33,244 nt of DNA from Nemertoderma westbladi (GCA_032718475.1 JAUCBJ010008840.1:1-33244), one strand, 5' to 3'. Shown: positions 11,668 to 23,592, counted from the first letter of the stretch. Program-made: numbers and translations. The notes: generated from the letters alone by a model not told the origin.

Positions 11668-11914
11668 GTGATTACGAGAAGTGTAAGAACTGATATAATG
11701 GCAGTCACTCATCAGTATAATGCCAACTAGCTAATACTGCAATGAGGTAGTACTGCAATACCGGTCAGACAGTAAAATAATGCAACTCAGTGTGCAATGT
11801 AGCTACCGGTACAACATACACAACTGCACAGCCCCCAGGCATGGCCTGAGACAGATAAAAAGACCATTCACCAGGATACATATATAAACATACATATACA
11901 TCTCCTTTACCGCC
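11668..11914 (-). mobile_element. Gypsy polypurine tract and start of 3' LTR (distally truncated)
   Basis: Minus strand reads ggcggtaaaggaga (11914-11901) then TGTATATG from 11900, just after the integrase end. Confidence 0.6.
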
Positions 11915-11969
11915 ACCAAATGTAAGGAAGTATGAGTTACATTTATCTAATAACTTGCTGGGTTTATGA

Positions 11970-12835
11970 TTAGTTCAAGTCTTGTTCATAATCAACGAAG
12001 CAAGGGGTGTTCCTTGTTATAGGGCTCAGAGAGTTTTTAATAGTGTTGTATAGTTGTAGAATTTCTTCGCTCCTTCCTGAGGCTTCTGATGTTATTATTC
12101 GAAGGTGACTTCTATTGCGGTATAATGATTTGGTTTTCGTGGTTGCAACTCGGTAACGTCGATTAGGTAGTACTCTTTCAATAATACCATTAGAATCCCA
12201 TCTTTTTGTGATTGGTGAATATATGGCTACAATCGAATGTAAGGGCAGTAGTGGTGTCAAAGGTTTTGTGCGTCTATCATAATTTATTTTTTTGTTGATT
12301 CATCAATTCTTTCTTCTTGATTGATGCTTTTGTACGCTGTTGGTCAGTGATTGGTGTTAAAGCATTTGGATGAACAGGTAATAAGATTCTGATTGGCCGA
12401 CCAAACATGAGTGTAGTTGGAGCAGTCTCAGTCGATATCATTGGTTGTGCTCGTAATGTTAATAATGCTTTGATAAATTCCTCTTTCTCTGTATGGCCGT
12501 CCACTAGATGTTTGAGTCGTTTCACAGCTGATTCAGCGGCACCATTCGATTTCGGGTAATAGGGTGAGCTGGGTATCCAAGTAATTCCCCAAGATCGTGT
12601 GAATTCTTTCATTTCGAATGATGTAAAGTTAGCTGCTCCATCTGATCTCAATATTATTGGGATGCCAAATTCCGAAAATATTGTATAAAGTGTGCGTTTG
12701 ATAAAGGCAGATGTTGGGGATCCAGAGCTTTTTTTTAACCAAGGGTAACCGGTTGCTGTATCAACAACAGCGAGGTAATCTATTCCACTGAATGCAAATA
12801 AATCCATGGCAAGTTCTTGCATTGGGGATAAAGGA
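11970..12835 (-). pseudogene. pol: Gypsy integrase core and C-terminus (stop/frameshift at ~12270)
   Basis: MDLF...RSDG...SNGAAE with D(35)E spacing. C-terminal W..G.I....RRYRV...RNR.HLR. The HHCC zinc finger is missing. Confidence 0.92.
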
Positions 12836-12839
12836 TTAT

Positions 12840-14290
12840 TGAGCATGGCTGCCATAAAGAAAACCCCATACAAACAATCCAAATTCACATCCCATATACC
12901 CCCAAACACCCCGAGAACGCAGTACAATGACCAGAAAAATCAATCATGCAGTAACTGTAGTCGTTACGGACATAATACTAAGAGTGAAAAATGTCGCGCC
13001 CGTGGAATTACATGCCATAACTGTAACCGAAAAGGTCATTTTTCTAATTATTGTAGAAAAACTAAAAATGTATTTGCAGTCGACGACGAAGACGAAGACG
13101 AAGAAGATGAAGAGGATGGAATAATTATGGATGATATGGTGGATCAGGAATCCAATATCCAATCGTTCTCTCCAATGGGATTTACCTCAAGCGGTGACTC
13201 ATTCGCATATAGAACTGATCATGCATTGAGTGGAATAAAAAACTTGACAAAGGTTATGGATTATATTGGTTTAGCGGCTTGTACAATTCCCGAGCTTATT
13301 AATACAGTGAGTGAAGTGCTGGAAAGATGTTCTTCTTACGGAATGACAATAAATCCAAAGAAGTCTATAATGGCTGCAACATCAATAGAATATGTAGGCT
13401 TCCACATTTCAAAAGGAAATATTTCTGCTGATCCAAAGAAAGTCAAGGCAATTAAAGACTTCCCAACACCAACATCCTGCACCGAACTTCACAGCCTTTT
13501 AGGACTTGCTAACCAATTAACTGGTTTCACCCCAAGTCTTACAACTGTAACTACACAATTACGCCCATTTCTTACAACCAAAAACGTATTTCGATGGCTT
13601 CCTGAACATGATACAGCATTCACCAATATCAAAACTATATTATTGTCAACACATGTCCTTGGAATGTTCAATCAAGGAGCCCCTGTAAAACTTGTCACTG
13701 ATGCCAGCCGTCTCAATGGTCTAGGGTTTGCATTATTACAACAACGCGACAATGGATCTTATGCACTACTTCAATGTGGTTCAAGATATTTACAAACAGC
13801 AGAAACTCGTTATTCAGTCACAGAACTTGAAATGTTGGCCATAGCTTGGTCCATAAATCGCTGTAAATATTTCCTGAAAGGAGCCCCAAACTTTATAGTA
13901 GAAACTGACCACAGGCCCCTCATCGGAATATTTCAGAAATCATTGACTGATATTGAAAACACACGACTTCTCAACTGGAGAGAGAAACTATGTGATTATT
14001 CCTTTCAGGTTCAATGGATATCCGGCAAGGACCATTTGATTGCTGACGCACTATCACGTGCCCCTGTAGACCCACCAAGTGATGATGATTTGCTAGAAGC
14101 CAACACCTTCTCCCAATGTTGCACAATAGCAGCCATTGGTGCTTTGACTAAACAAAACAACCCAAACAATAACCCTAAGGTAAATCGCATCACCACAGAT
14201 GGTTTAAATACATTGCGGTGCCGACTATCAAAGGATAAAGATTATTTGGCATTATTGAATGCATTAAGCAGTAACAACTTCTCGACACCC
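12840..14290 (+). pseudogene. pol: Gypsy gag C-terminus fused in frame to partial RT and RNase H (protease and N-terminal RT deleted)
   Basis: CHNCNRKGHFSNYC knuckle. PMGFTSSGD. Catalytic motif decayed to KVMDYI. TDASRLNGLGFALLQ, ELEMLA, TDHRPL, ADALSR. Confidence 0.92.
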
Positions 14291-16278
14291 CCACAAGTCT
14301 TCCTCGAAGTTGTAGATTGCGATGTAAACTGATTAAACGGTCGCGTATCCACTGTTCTCCGTTGTTCGGTAGGCTCACAAGTCTTCCTCGAAGTCGTAGA
14401 TTGCGATGTAAACTGATTAAACGGTGGTCGGACGACAGCGTTTGAATCCAAAGGCTTTGTAGGCCTAAACGTCATTGGATACGTGTAGTGCGTAACAGGT
14501 TTGGGTGTCGAAGGTAAACTCACCTGTTTTGTCGTTAGTAGTGCAGGTCTGGTCAATAAACTACTACAATCGGTAATCGGTGGGTTACTTACCTTGACTT
14601 TCAGAATAGGCGACGACGTTGCTCTTGGCGGTATGAACTTGTCCGGAATAACAAACCTATGTTCCGTCGCACCATGGATAGGAGAAATATTACTACTACC
14701 CGCAATCGAAACAGGTTCCTTAGTCGTAACTGGTGCAAACATAGGAGTTACTTGAGGGAATCTTTGACATAAGTCTTTAACTAATTGTCTTTCTCGCTCA
14801 GGTGCCCCTACACTTCCTTCCTTCATTCGTTCCTGAATTTGGCGGTGCCTTACCTCTATCTGGTCCAAATCATGTCCGTCACGAGATCTCATCGATCGAT
14901 CGCGGGCTAGAAGATCCAGATTTTCCTTGGCTTCGGCTAGTTCTCTCGCCTTCCTTTCGAGTTCGAAATGAAGTTTAACTTCCTTCTCGCGTTGTTCCGT
15001 CTGTTGTTGTTGCGCCTCGAACTCCGCTTGTCGTATAGCTGATTGAGCCTTTATTTGCCGTTTTTTCAACTCGGCTCGGGCTTCCGAAACTCGCCGTTGT
15101 TCGTCTAACGCTGCTGCTGCCGCTTGTCGTTCCAACTCAGCCGCTGCCGCTTGTTGTTCCAACTCAGCCGCTGCCGCTGCCGCTTGTCGTTCCAACTCAG
15201 CCGCTGCCGCTGCCGCTTGTCGTTCCAACTCGGCTGCTGCCGCTCGTTGCGCTAACTCAGCTGCCGCTGTTCTTTGTGCTATTTCTAGCTCTAACCTTTC
15301 CATTTCGGCTGCTTCCAATTCGGCTGCTTCTTGTAAATGAGAGATTCTCGCAACATTTGCGACGTGTAGTTTTTCTTCCTCTACAGCTGCTTGTACAGTT
15401 AACAATTGAGTTTGTTCTTCCATTTCTCGTTGTTGTCTGTGGTACAGTTGTTGCTGTCTAGAAATTTCTGACGTCACTATACTTACCTCGCCAATTTCGC
15501 TGCGAATACTCACTAACGATTGGTCCAGTATTTCCGGTGCCGATTCGATCTGTACGGGTGAAGTTCCCCTCGTATATTCATGCACGGTTTCCAAATCGCC
15601 GACGTCTTCGCCGCACATACGTAAGTGATCCGTCAGATGTTTCAATTGTCCATCCAGTCGGTACAGTTCCTGTTCTTCCTCGGGCTGTAATAACTCGTTG
15701 GAAACCGACTCACCTAGCAACTGGTCCGCTTGTTCCTGTTGTATCTGTCTAACGGTCGTCTTAAACTGAATCAGTTTCTCTCTAGCGATCATTAATTTCT
15801 CGAGGATTCTAAACTGTGTGTCCATATCCTGTCTCTGTCTAGCTAGATCTTGTAGACCTATTAGATTATCTACGGACTTATGTACTCTATTCTGTACTCT
15901 CACCTGTAGAGTGTAGAACTCGAATCGAGACATCGGAGCGGTCAACTCGTCTAATATGCGTTGGCCTTCTCCAATACTCCTAGTAATATGCGCCATGTAA
16001 CCGCCGACGCTTCTAACAACGCTTTCTTGGCTTCCTACTGAACTTACCATCTCCGTTTCTCTATGTCTAGGTTGCGGGACCGTTAGGAAATCCTCAGTCC
16101 TGCCGTCGCCTCGTACTACGGCATCCGGTACTCCCGTTGGATGTACTGGTGACGCGCACGGTGTAGGTTCGGTAGGCTCGCGAGTCTTCCCCTGTGGTTC
16201 TTCCGCTTCTGACTTATCCGCGTAGCATGAGTCATAGTCGGTTTGTGTATTCTTCGTATAGTCTTGTTTGTCACTCAT
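14291..16278 (-). CDS. Gag-like ORF1 of a second LTR retrotransposon with a long coiled coil, 3'-truncated at ~14291
   Basis: About 660 uninterrupted codons. RSVGGYMAHITR recalls BEL/Pao Gag N-termini. (A)nELERQ repeats at ~15110-15270. 50-bp direct repeat at 14292-14341 and 14376-14425. Lies downstream of a PBS/LTR-like region. Confidence 0.6.
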
Positions 16279-16365
16279 TTCGGTAGTTGTAAGTCAAGTA
16301 AAATGTGAGTGTCAAAGTATCAAATTTACCGTATTTATATTTAAACGGTACTAATTACAGTCATA

Positions 16366-16500
16366 TAAAATTAGCCTACCGGCCGATTTTATAGCAGATG
16401 GATAAAATTAGCCTAGCGGCCAATTTTACAGCAAATAAATGTCACGGTATAAGTATATAATAAAATTAGCCTAACGGCCAATTATATAACAAATAAATCG
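16366..16500. repeat. three degenerate repeats in the 5' leader
   Basis: taaaattagccta.cggcc.att occurs three times. Confidence 0.75.
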
Positions 16501-18413
16501 GATAACGATATGCATTATCAAAAGGTAAATTAAATACAATAATACGGACTAATTCAGCAATAAACAAAGAAATCGTACGGAATGCATAAATACTTGAGAC
16601 AGTGGAACCCACAATAATTTTAACTAATACGGTAATGCCTAACTGATTAATGCAACTTTTCAAACTCACCCACTCCAATAATTCTCCAGAAAAACAGATT
16701 CCCAGATACAAACCGGACGTGAACCTTTCCGTTTCCAGCGTTGCGGAGGAAGTGCGATTTTCCCAACCAAAGTTGTTGGGTTATCTATCTCCCAAACTTG
16801 TTAAACACGGTCTTGCTCTCGTTACAGCCTAGAAATGAGCTCTGAATCCTGAAAAACAAACGAGTTTGGTTTTACTTTTACGAAAATTTTGTACCGGTAC
16901 AATATGGTATTTAAACCCTTTTAAACACCGGTATTCAATTCCAAATAATTTTACACGCGTTTCAAATCAAAATTTTATTCAAAATATTAGCACTTAGCTA
17001 ATCAAATACGAATTTTTACCTCAAAATACAAAATTTTCAAATAATTTTGTTCTACTGAACCGTAGTTCAGAAGATCATATTCCTACTAAATTAGGAAATA
17101 TGTTAAATAATACACATATTCCTACTAAATGAAGAGACAGTAACAAATACACGAATCCTGCAATATCATACTATAGAGTCTGTGAATCAAAGCATAAATC
17201 CGACCTTCTCACCAAAACAGTAAACTCCAAGTAAGCGAACGTATTGCAGTATCGGTCTCTTATAACCGGTGAGGCAGAAAACAGTCTACGAACAGACAAA
17301 CTTCGATAAAACAAAATCCCGCGCAGCGAATCCTAAAATCGGGCTGACTCACTGACGGACTAAAGGCGCTCTTATACTTTGCCGCGGTGTGATTTATATG
17401 ATGAAAAAGCGCTAGCTACAAATATAACTAGCGGGAAAATCCGCAGTGTGAACAAATTATTTTATATATTTTGAGGTGTAAATAATTCCTAAACGCGCGT
17501 GTGTTTTAATTTATAGGTCAAAATTGATTTTATCCTTCATATACTCTCATTTACTGGGTCCGGCGTTTATTTTACAAATATTCTAATATTTTGGTAACTT
17601 GTAGGTCCAATACTTACAAATGACAAGGCTCCTTCCCCTTTCATGTATTTCCAGGACTCAAATTCAGGTATAGGGTTAATGCTACGCCCAGAATTCGGCA
17701 ATTTTATCTACCAGGTCCCTAATACTAAGAAGAAATGTGTTAGTTTACTACTGTAGGCGTACAGTTACAAATAGCTATCCTGGCTCTTATCTGGAATTTT
17801 AGTCACCTAGGTAGGCTGGGTAACTTCCTATCAGGACGTTGGCGGGGACACGGTAGGTGTTAGTATCCCTAATAGCCTTAATTTATTTTGCGCCTAGTCG
17901 TAAACTGCCCTACCGCCTGAACGGTATAATCTCAATTCAGGGAAAACACAGCAATCCTCTCCTGGCCTACAAGTTCCAACGCAAGCAATAAACACCGTGT
18001 ACTGCCGACAAGCCACCAATGCACCTATACCTGACAATGAGTTAGGCGTACAGTTTTGCTGCACCCTACCAATGTACATGCCGGGTAACGGTGTGCCTGT
18101 GTCCTATCTGCGTACGGGTATCTCTGTCTAACTTTCCTTTTCTCCCCGTAGGAATATGAAGGGGTTCTGCGGGTTTTCCAAGAATTGGGACAATACAGTT
18201 CTTAATTTAAATTTTTGGCGTACAGTGTGTCGCTACTCCTACCGTCGATCTTAGGTCTTACACTTAGGTAGCGAAGCATCGAACACTGTCTAACCTTCAG
18301 GCGATGGGCGAATAACTCGAATAGATATTGTGGGCGGTCTCCTGTTCATCACATTCCCCGATGTTCCCGTTCACTGCTGCGGCCCGATGTCTAGCCTGCC
18401 ATCCTGTCTCTTA

Positions 18414-18426
18414 GTTGGGTTCACCG
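18414..18426 (-). promoter_or_regulatory. putative primer-binding site (tRNA-Trp-like)
   Basis: Minus strand cggtgaacccaac versus TGGTGACCCCGAC, 10/13, adjacent to the LTR-like region. Confidence 0.4.
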
Positions 18427-19070
18427 TGGTGAAGCATAGTAAAACAGATAGGAAAAGGCTGATGTAACAATAATTCTGACTTTATTACAGATAACCAACA
18501 ATTATATTAATATAAACAATGTAATCTGAAATAACTAATGGATGTAAGAAGTAGAATGCTAAGATAGACTGAAGATAACTAATGAACAAATCGCACCTTT
18601 ATATAGCAAATTTGTGCTGCAATCAATCGAGAAAATTCTCGATTGTTCTATAGGTTCTAACAGGTTTTTAAAGATAACTATTGGTCCAGCGAATATATAA
18701 CTTGCACGACATTGGTTACAATCTAATAACTACAGTCCCATTGGTTAATCTAGGTACAGACAAATGCAATTTAATTTGTAGCGGTCAATTTAAATGAGTT
18801 GAAATTCTGTACAAAAAATAATTCGCACCTACAAGGATTCGAACTCAATACCTACTACATATATAATTTCCAACGCTCTACCGACTGAGCTACTGAACCA
18901 CTTGAATAATCATCGTACAAATAGATATAGTAAATACAAATGAAGACTCAATGTAATCTTTTAGCAAAGTTAATTCGAATAAAATAAAATTTTGAAAATC
19001 CACGGCATTTATGAGAATATAATTCTATAGTCACTCATCTTATGTTTAGATCGGTTGGTGGTAGATTTTA
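18427..19070 (-). mobile_element. putative 5' LTR of the Gag-like element (outer boundary uncertain)
   Basis: On the minus strand, in order: CCAAT x3 (18744, 18715, 18684), TATATAAA (18605-18598), AATAAA (18486-18481), then the PBS. Confidence 0.55.
18825..18899 (-). promoter_or_regulatory. tRNA-derived Pol III A/B-box segment (not a functional tRNA)
   Basis: A box TAGCTCAGTCGG (18892-18881), B box GAGTTCGAATCC (18846-18835). No acceptor or anticodon stem. Confidence 0.7.
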
Positions 19071-19080
19071 ATTCTAAGAC

Positions 19081-19886
19081 TGTGATGGGATCCAAGGAGG
19101 ATCCCGGTTTATCCGCGGTTATTGTAAGTACGCGTCCCCGCCGTTCGTATGTGAAAAGGGTTCGAGAGTTCTGATGTTATTAGTTCTCCGATGTATGTAT
19201 AATATAAATGTTAAGATGGATATAGTATAAATGGATAGATGGCAATTGAAGTACTACAGTATGTACAGATAATGGTGGTAGGCGAGGACGGTCTTAGAAG
19301 TCTTCGCTCTACCCTAGCTAACCGACTAACACAATGAGATAACTGATTATAGTGACATGGTACCTAATAATATATATTGCACGGTTTGGCCGTCGTTACA
19401 CTACTTAGCCGGTGCCTTCCCCCCATTGGCTAATATCCCTGTTGGCGCCCTTTGGAGTGTTTCCCCTCACTCCTGCTGTTCTCTCTCTGTCAGGGGTATG
19501 GCCCCTGACCCCTATTGTGTGTTTCTCCTTCCCACTTTGTTGGGGTGGCACGAGGTTGGGTAATCAACCTCGTGCTCCCAATATTGCTTAACGGCTTACT
19601 TTGTGGGGTGTTAGCGGAATTGAATAAGCTAACAGTTTATATGTATAACTGTTTGACCTCTACCGGTACAGTACCTAGGTTTCTATATATTGGACTGACT
19701 GCATTATGTCTGTTAGTTTGTGTTAGTGTTAGTACTGTTTTAACTACCGTCTGCTGTTATATATTATACCGGTATTGGTTACCGTCAGACCGTTGCCATT
19801 ATGGATACATCCTTCAGACTCTTTTTGTTTATCTACACCGCATTCGCCTTACGGATTTAGCCACTCCTAGGATTTAAGTCCACACA
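19081..19886 (+). mobile_element. solo-LTR-like structured element, copy B
   Basis: TGTGATGG...GTCCACACA ends, TATAAA at ~19225, CCATTGGCTAA, perfect hairpins at 19489-19509 and 19548-19575. No clean TSD. Confidence 0.45.
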
Positions 19887-19944
19887 TAAGTAACGTAATC
19901 TATAGAATATTGCGGATAGTTTAGAAATTTTTTATATTATGTAG

Positions 19945-20197
19945 GATATGTAGGATATGTGTGCTTTCCATTTCAGTTTGCTATCCATGATAACCCCGAG
20001 GTACTTGAATTCGTTTACGCACTTATAACCACTGCTACCAATAGTAATGTTATTATTTGGTTGATGGTATTATTAATTAGTTTATTTATATTTAATGTCA
20101 ATCTATTTACTGTAAGCCAATCTTTGATATTTTCCAGTTCAGAATTTGTACCTATGAATAAATTTCTGGAATCTTTATTTCGTGATATAAATCTTGC
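19945..20197 (-). pseudogene. continuation of the RT of the Crack/L2-like host LINE after FADD
   Basis: DARFISRNK...NSELENIKDWLTVNRLTLNINK...KYLGV...KWKAH. Joins FADD at ~25200 once the insert is removed. Confidence 0.85.
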
Positions 20198-20202
20198 GTC
20201 AT

Positions 20203-20474
20203 AATAATAATAATAATAATTGTATTTATGAAGCGCACTATACATGATGATCTAGGCGCTAACGCACAGTAAAAATTAATCAAATGTTAAAATTAATTTC
20301 ATATAAACTAATCAGGACAGTTTTGGTATTCCAGCTTAAAGTAAAAACTTTTTAGTTTTTTCTTGAATGAAGGCAATGAGAGCCCTCCACGCAACTCGCC
20401 TGGAAATTCATTCCACACTGTCGGCACCACAAAAGAAAAAGCCCTGGAACCGTAATGCAGTAGGTTATACCTGG
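20203..20474 (-). mobile_element. L2 LINE 3' fragment, distal part with (TAT)n tail
   Basis: PRYNLLHYGSRAFSFVVPTVWNEFP...SFKKKLKS, L2-type agcgc...gcgct stem and tail. TSD GTCAT at 20198-20202 and 25196-25200. Confidence 0.85.
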
Positions 20475-20604
20475 GGTTATAATAATAATAATAATTCTTT
20501 ATTTCAGGCACGATTGCCCATAAAAACAAACAAACAAACAAATATATATATAAAATATTATTAGCACAATCAAGGATATCAAGCCTAACTAAATATAATT
20601 AATT

Positions 20605-23544
20605 TTAGTCATCAATATAAGATAGGTCCCGCATTAAAAATATTCTACTCGTTTTGTATACCTCATGAAGCGTTGCAATTACCATTGTATTACACGAATT
20701 TGTTGCACGTAAAAATAGAGAATTAATTGCTGCAGCACGTATATGAATAAATTTAGGAATATTTAATACACCGAACATAAAAGAAACACTGGAGCCATAG
20801 GGGTACCCGAAAAAGCGTCTGGCCGCTGCATTATATGCTACTCTTAATTTATTATGCACAGAGGCAGAGTAATTTAATCTAGACCACAAAGCGTTACAAT
20901 AAAATTGAGTACAAAAACATCGAAATAATTTAACTTTTACGGCTGTAGTACAATTTGCAAATTTTCTAATAATGGTATTAGCACGTTTATAAAATGATCT
21001 TAATTGATTATGAATATCCGAATTATCGTCTGTATTATCGCAAAGTATATGACCTAAATATTTAATCTCGTGCACTATTGTTAACTTATTACTATTTAAA
21101 GATACTTGTCCTACATTTGAGTTTTTACACGATTTAGGGAAATAATACATGCATTTGGATTTTTTAAGATTAACCGTAATCGAATGTAGAAGTGCATATT
21201 TTTCAAAAATATGTAGCAGTTTTTGCAGTCCAGTAATCGAATTTGAAAACATAGACAAATCATCGGCATACATCATATGATTAGAGCGGACACCAGACAT
21301 CATACAACCTACATTACTGTTATTTAATTCCCTACTCAGGTCATCAAGATATACGCTATATAAATACGGAGATAAAATACCACCTTGTTTGGTCCCGTTA
21401 GAAACATGAAAATAGTTAGAAATAAAACCACCCCAAAGTACACCTAATTGTTGAAATTTGTACCAAAATTTAATCGCCCGAATATAAAACAACGGTATGC
21501 CCCTATCTATAAGTTTTTTAAAAAGTGTGTAATGATTTACTAAATCAAAAGCTTTTGATGAGTCAATAAAGCACACGTAAACTGCTGAATCATTTTCAAG
21601 ATAATGCTGAATAATTTCTTTCAAAGTGAAGATACAGAGTTCGGTGCCGTGATTTTGCTTAAAGCCAAATTGCGAATTCGAAGTCTGTAACTTATCACAA
21701 AAACGATCAATATATACATGTTCAAATATCTTACTCATAATTGTGGCAATGGCTATGCCACGATAATTATCGGGCGATGTAATATCGTCATTCTTGTCTT
21801 TAAGTAAAGGAATTAGGTTACAACGCATAAAATCATCGGGTATATAACCATGAACATTAAAACAGGTGAATACATTTGCTAAGTGAACATATAGAGATTT
21901 AGTACCATTTATAAAAAATTCACAAGAAATGCCATCCGGGCCGGCAGCTTTACCTGTAACAAGCTTATCAATTGCAAACACCACCTCTATCGGAGTTACA
22001 ATCATTGATTCACAAAATTTAATACCTTCAAGTTTACAATCAACCTCAGCTTTATGGGGCTCAGGTTGGTTCGCATTGTATAAAGTTTCAAATTTATTTT
22101 TAAACATATCGCAAACCTCTTTTTCACCTACCGCACTGCCCACTTTATTAGACAGTGGTGTAGAGACACCTGTCTGTTTACGGACATTATTCCAAAATTC
22201 GTTCTGGTTGTTCGAGTAAATTGACTCAGCTAATTTGTCGCTGCGGATCTGGTTTGCGTTACGTTTGCACTCGCGCATGTAGCGCTTGAAATTCAATCTC
22301 GATTTCGTGTATTCTTCATATATGAGCCCATTTCTCGGACAGCCGTTACTTTTCCAAATTAGAAAGAAACGGCGGGATAAATTATATTTATCTCGCAGGA
22401 AATCGTTCCAACCGGGAACATTTCTGTTTGCTCCACTATTGGCTGATTTTTTCGAAGGAATAGACGATTCAGCTGCCCTTAACAAGCAGTCAACTATACA
22501 TTTATAATAATAATCTATGCATGATTTATGCTCTGTACATAAAATAGACTCACCGTTATTAGCACCTATGCAATTGGTATCTATTTGCGACAGCAATACA
22601 TTGAGATTATTACCGTAAGCAGAAAGTTGCTGGGGTGACGCTTTGCACCAATCAAGTCGGGCACATTTTTGTTCAGTAGCACCAATGTTAATATCATCCG
22701 TACTACTTAGTGAACTGTACTGTAAATTAATTTTACATGACACAGGAAAGTGGTCCGATATTGCCAAGTTATAATGCACATTAAAATCTCGTAAATATGG
22801 GAGCAGGCTACCTGTACTTATAGCATGGTCAAGCCACGAAGTGCTGCCATGTGCCGTACTAACGAAAGTGAAAGTATCTTGAGGTTGAAACATTGTATCA
22901 CACAGATGCAAATTACTATCTGCGGCCCAATCTAAAAGATGGCTATAAAATATTGTAGATATTGCGGCGTTAAAATCACCAAATACAAAACACAGTGGTG
23001 TTGATTCACAATCTAAAATGGCATTAATACGGCCAAGATAATCTAAGAATTCGGATTCATTGTCATTACACTGATATGGTAGATAGACATTGAGTAAAAA
23101 TAATTGTTGAGCATCAGATAACTTAATTCTAGCACCTAAAAGCCGGTTATCATCAAACGTAATACATTCTACCGCGTGCGCAATACTTTTCTTAAATAGT
23201 ATCGCTGAGCCACCATATGGGCGGCCAGTTAATATGTTTTCTCTATAATCTACGGGTGATATACCCCTTGCTAGATACCTCTCATCAATGGTATTTAGGA
23301 AGCTGAGTTCCTGTACTGGCAAGAAGTGCTCTTGTAGGAGTATTACATCCATGGTCAGATTACAGAGATCCTTAACAGTATTTAGTGAATGTGGCGTTCT
23401 AACTGAGTTGCAGTTATAAGATGCAACAGATATGTTTGAATTTATATCATTGGCCATGTTAGAATTTATATTATATATACAATCGCACTGCAATACGAAT
23501 AAATATAATAAAAATAAAAATAAATTATATAAAAATATTCCCAT
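20605..23544 (-). CDS. ORF2: APE endonuclease + reverse transcriptase (probable start at 23457 or 23544)
   Basis: SYNCNS, LQEH, GRPYGG, GDFNA, LDH, SDH, NYRGIA, QFGFK, SKAFD, GTKQGGILSP, YADD. The C-terminal LFRCFCTQFYCNALW...LRVAYN pattern is RTEX-like. No stops. Confidence 0.95.
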   Translation of the reverse strand: MGIFLYNLFLFLLYLFVLQCDCIYNINSNMANDINSNISVASYNCNSVRTPHSLNTVKDLCNLTMDVILLQEHFLPVQELSFLNTIDERYLARGISPVDYRENILTGRPYGGSAILFKKSIAHAVECITFDDNRLLGARIKLSDAQQLFLLNVYLPYQCNDNESEFLDYLGRINAILDCESTPLCFVFGDFNAAISTIFYSHLLDWAADSNLHLCDTMFQPQDTFTFVSTAHGSTSWLDHAISTGSLLPYLRDFNVHYNLAISDHFPVSCKINLQYSSLSSTDDINIGATEQKCARLDWCKASPQQLSAYGNNLNVLLSQIDTNCIGANNGESILCTEHKSCIDYYYKCIVDCLLRAAESSIPSKKSANSGANRNVPGWNDFLRDKYNLSRRFFLIWKSNGCPRNGLIYEEYTKSRLNFKRYMRECKRNANQIRSDKLAESIYSNNQNEFWNNVRKQTGVSTPLSNKVGSAVGEKEVCDMFKNKFETLYNANQPEPHKAEVDCKLEGIKFCESMIVTPIEVVFAIDKLVTGKAAGPDGISCEFFINGTKSLYVHLANVFTCFNVHGYIPDDFMRCNLIPLLKDKNDDITSPDNYRGIAIATIMSKIFEHVYIDRFCDKLQTSNSQFGFKQNHGTELCIFTLKEIIQHYLENDSAVYVCFIDSSKAFDLVNHYTLFKKLIDRGIPLFYIRAIKFWYKFQQLGVLWGGFISNYFHVSNGTKQGGILSPYLYSVYLDDLSRELNNSNVGCMMSGVRSNHMMYADDLSMFSNSITGLQKLLHIFEKYALLHSITVNLKKSKCMYYFPKSCKNSNVGQVSLNSNKLTIVHEIKYLGHILCDNTDDNSDIHNQLRSFYKRANTIIRKFANCTTAVKVKLFRCFCTQFYCNALWSRLNYSASVHNKLRVAYNAAARRFFGYPYGSSVSFMFGVLNIPKFIHIRAAAINSLFLRATNSCNTMVIATLHEVYKTSRIFLMRDLSYIDD

Positions 23545-23592
23545 AATTAGGTTTGTTTAAACGTTAATTTACAATTTACAAATCAGAATCAA

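Noticed and set aside
11709-11715. CTGATGA on the minus strand in the Gypsy LTR
   Set aside because: No stem II followed by GAAA, so not a hammerhead.
12806-12927. Overlapping N-termini of ORFs 12806+ and 12927-
   Set aside because: Artefact of frames running across the inversion breakpoint.
14242-14332. Overlapping convergent C-termini of the 508-aa and 678-aa ORFs
   Set aside because: Both are truncated at the ~14291 junction and read into each other's antisense strand.
15110-15270. Regular short repeats (CRISPR-like spacing)
   Set aside because: In-frame coding repeats with no unique spacers and no cas genes, in a eukaryotic context.
18825-18899. tRNA gene
   Set aside because: A and B boxes only. 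Acceptor and anticodon stems do not pair.
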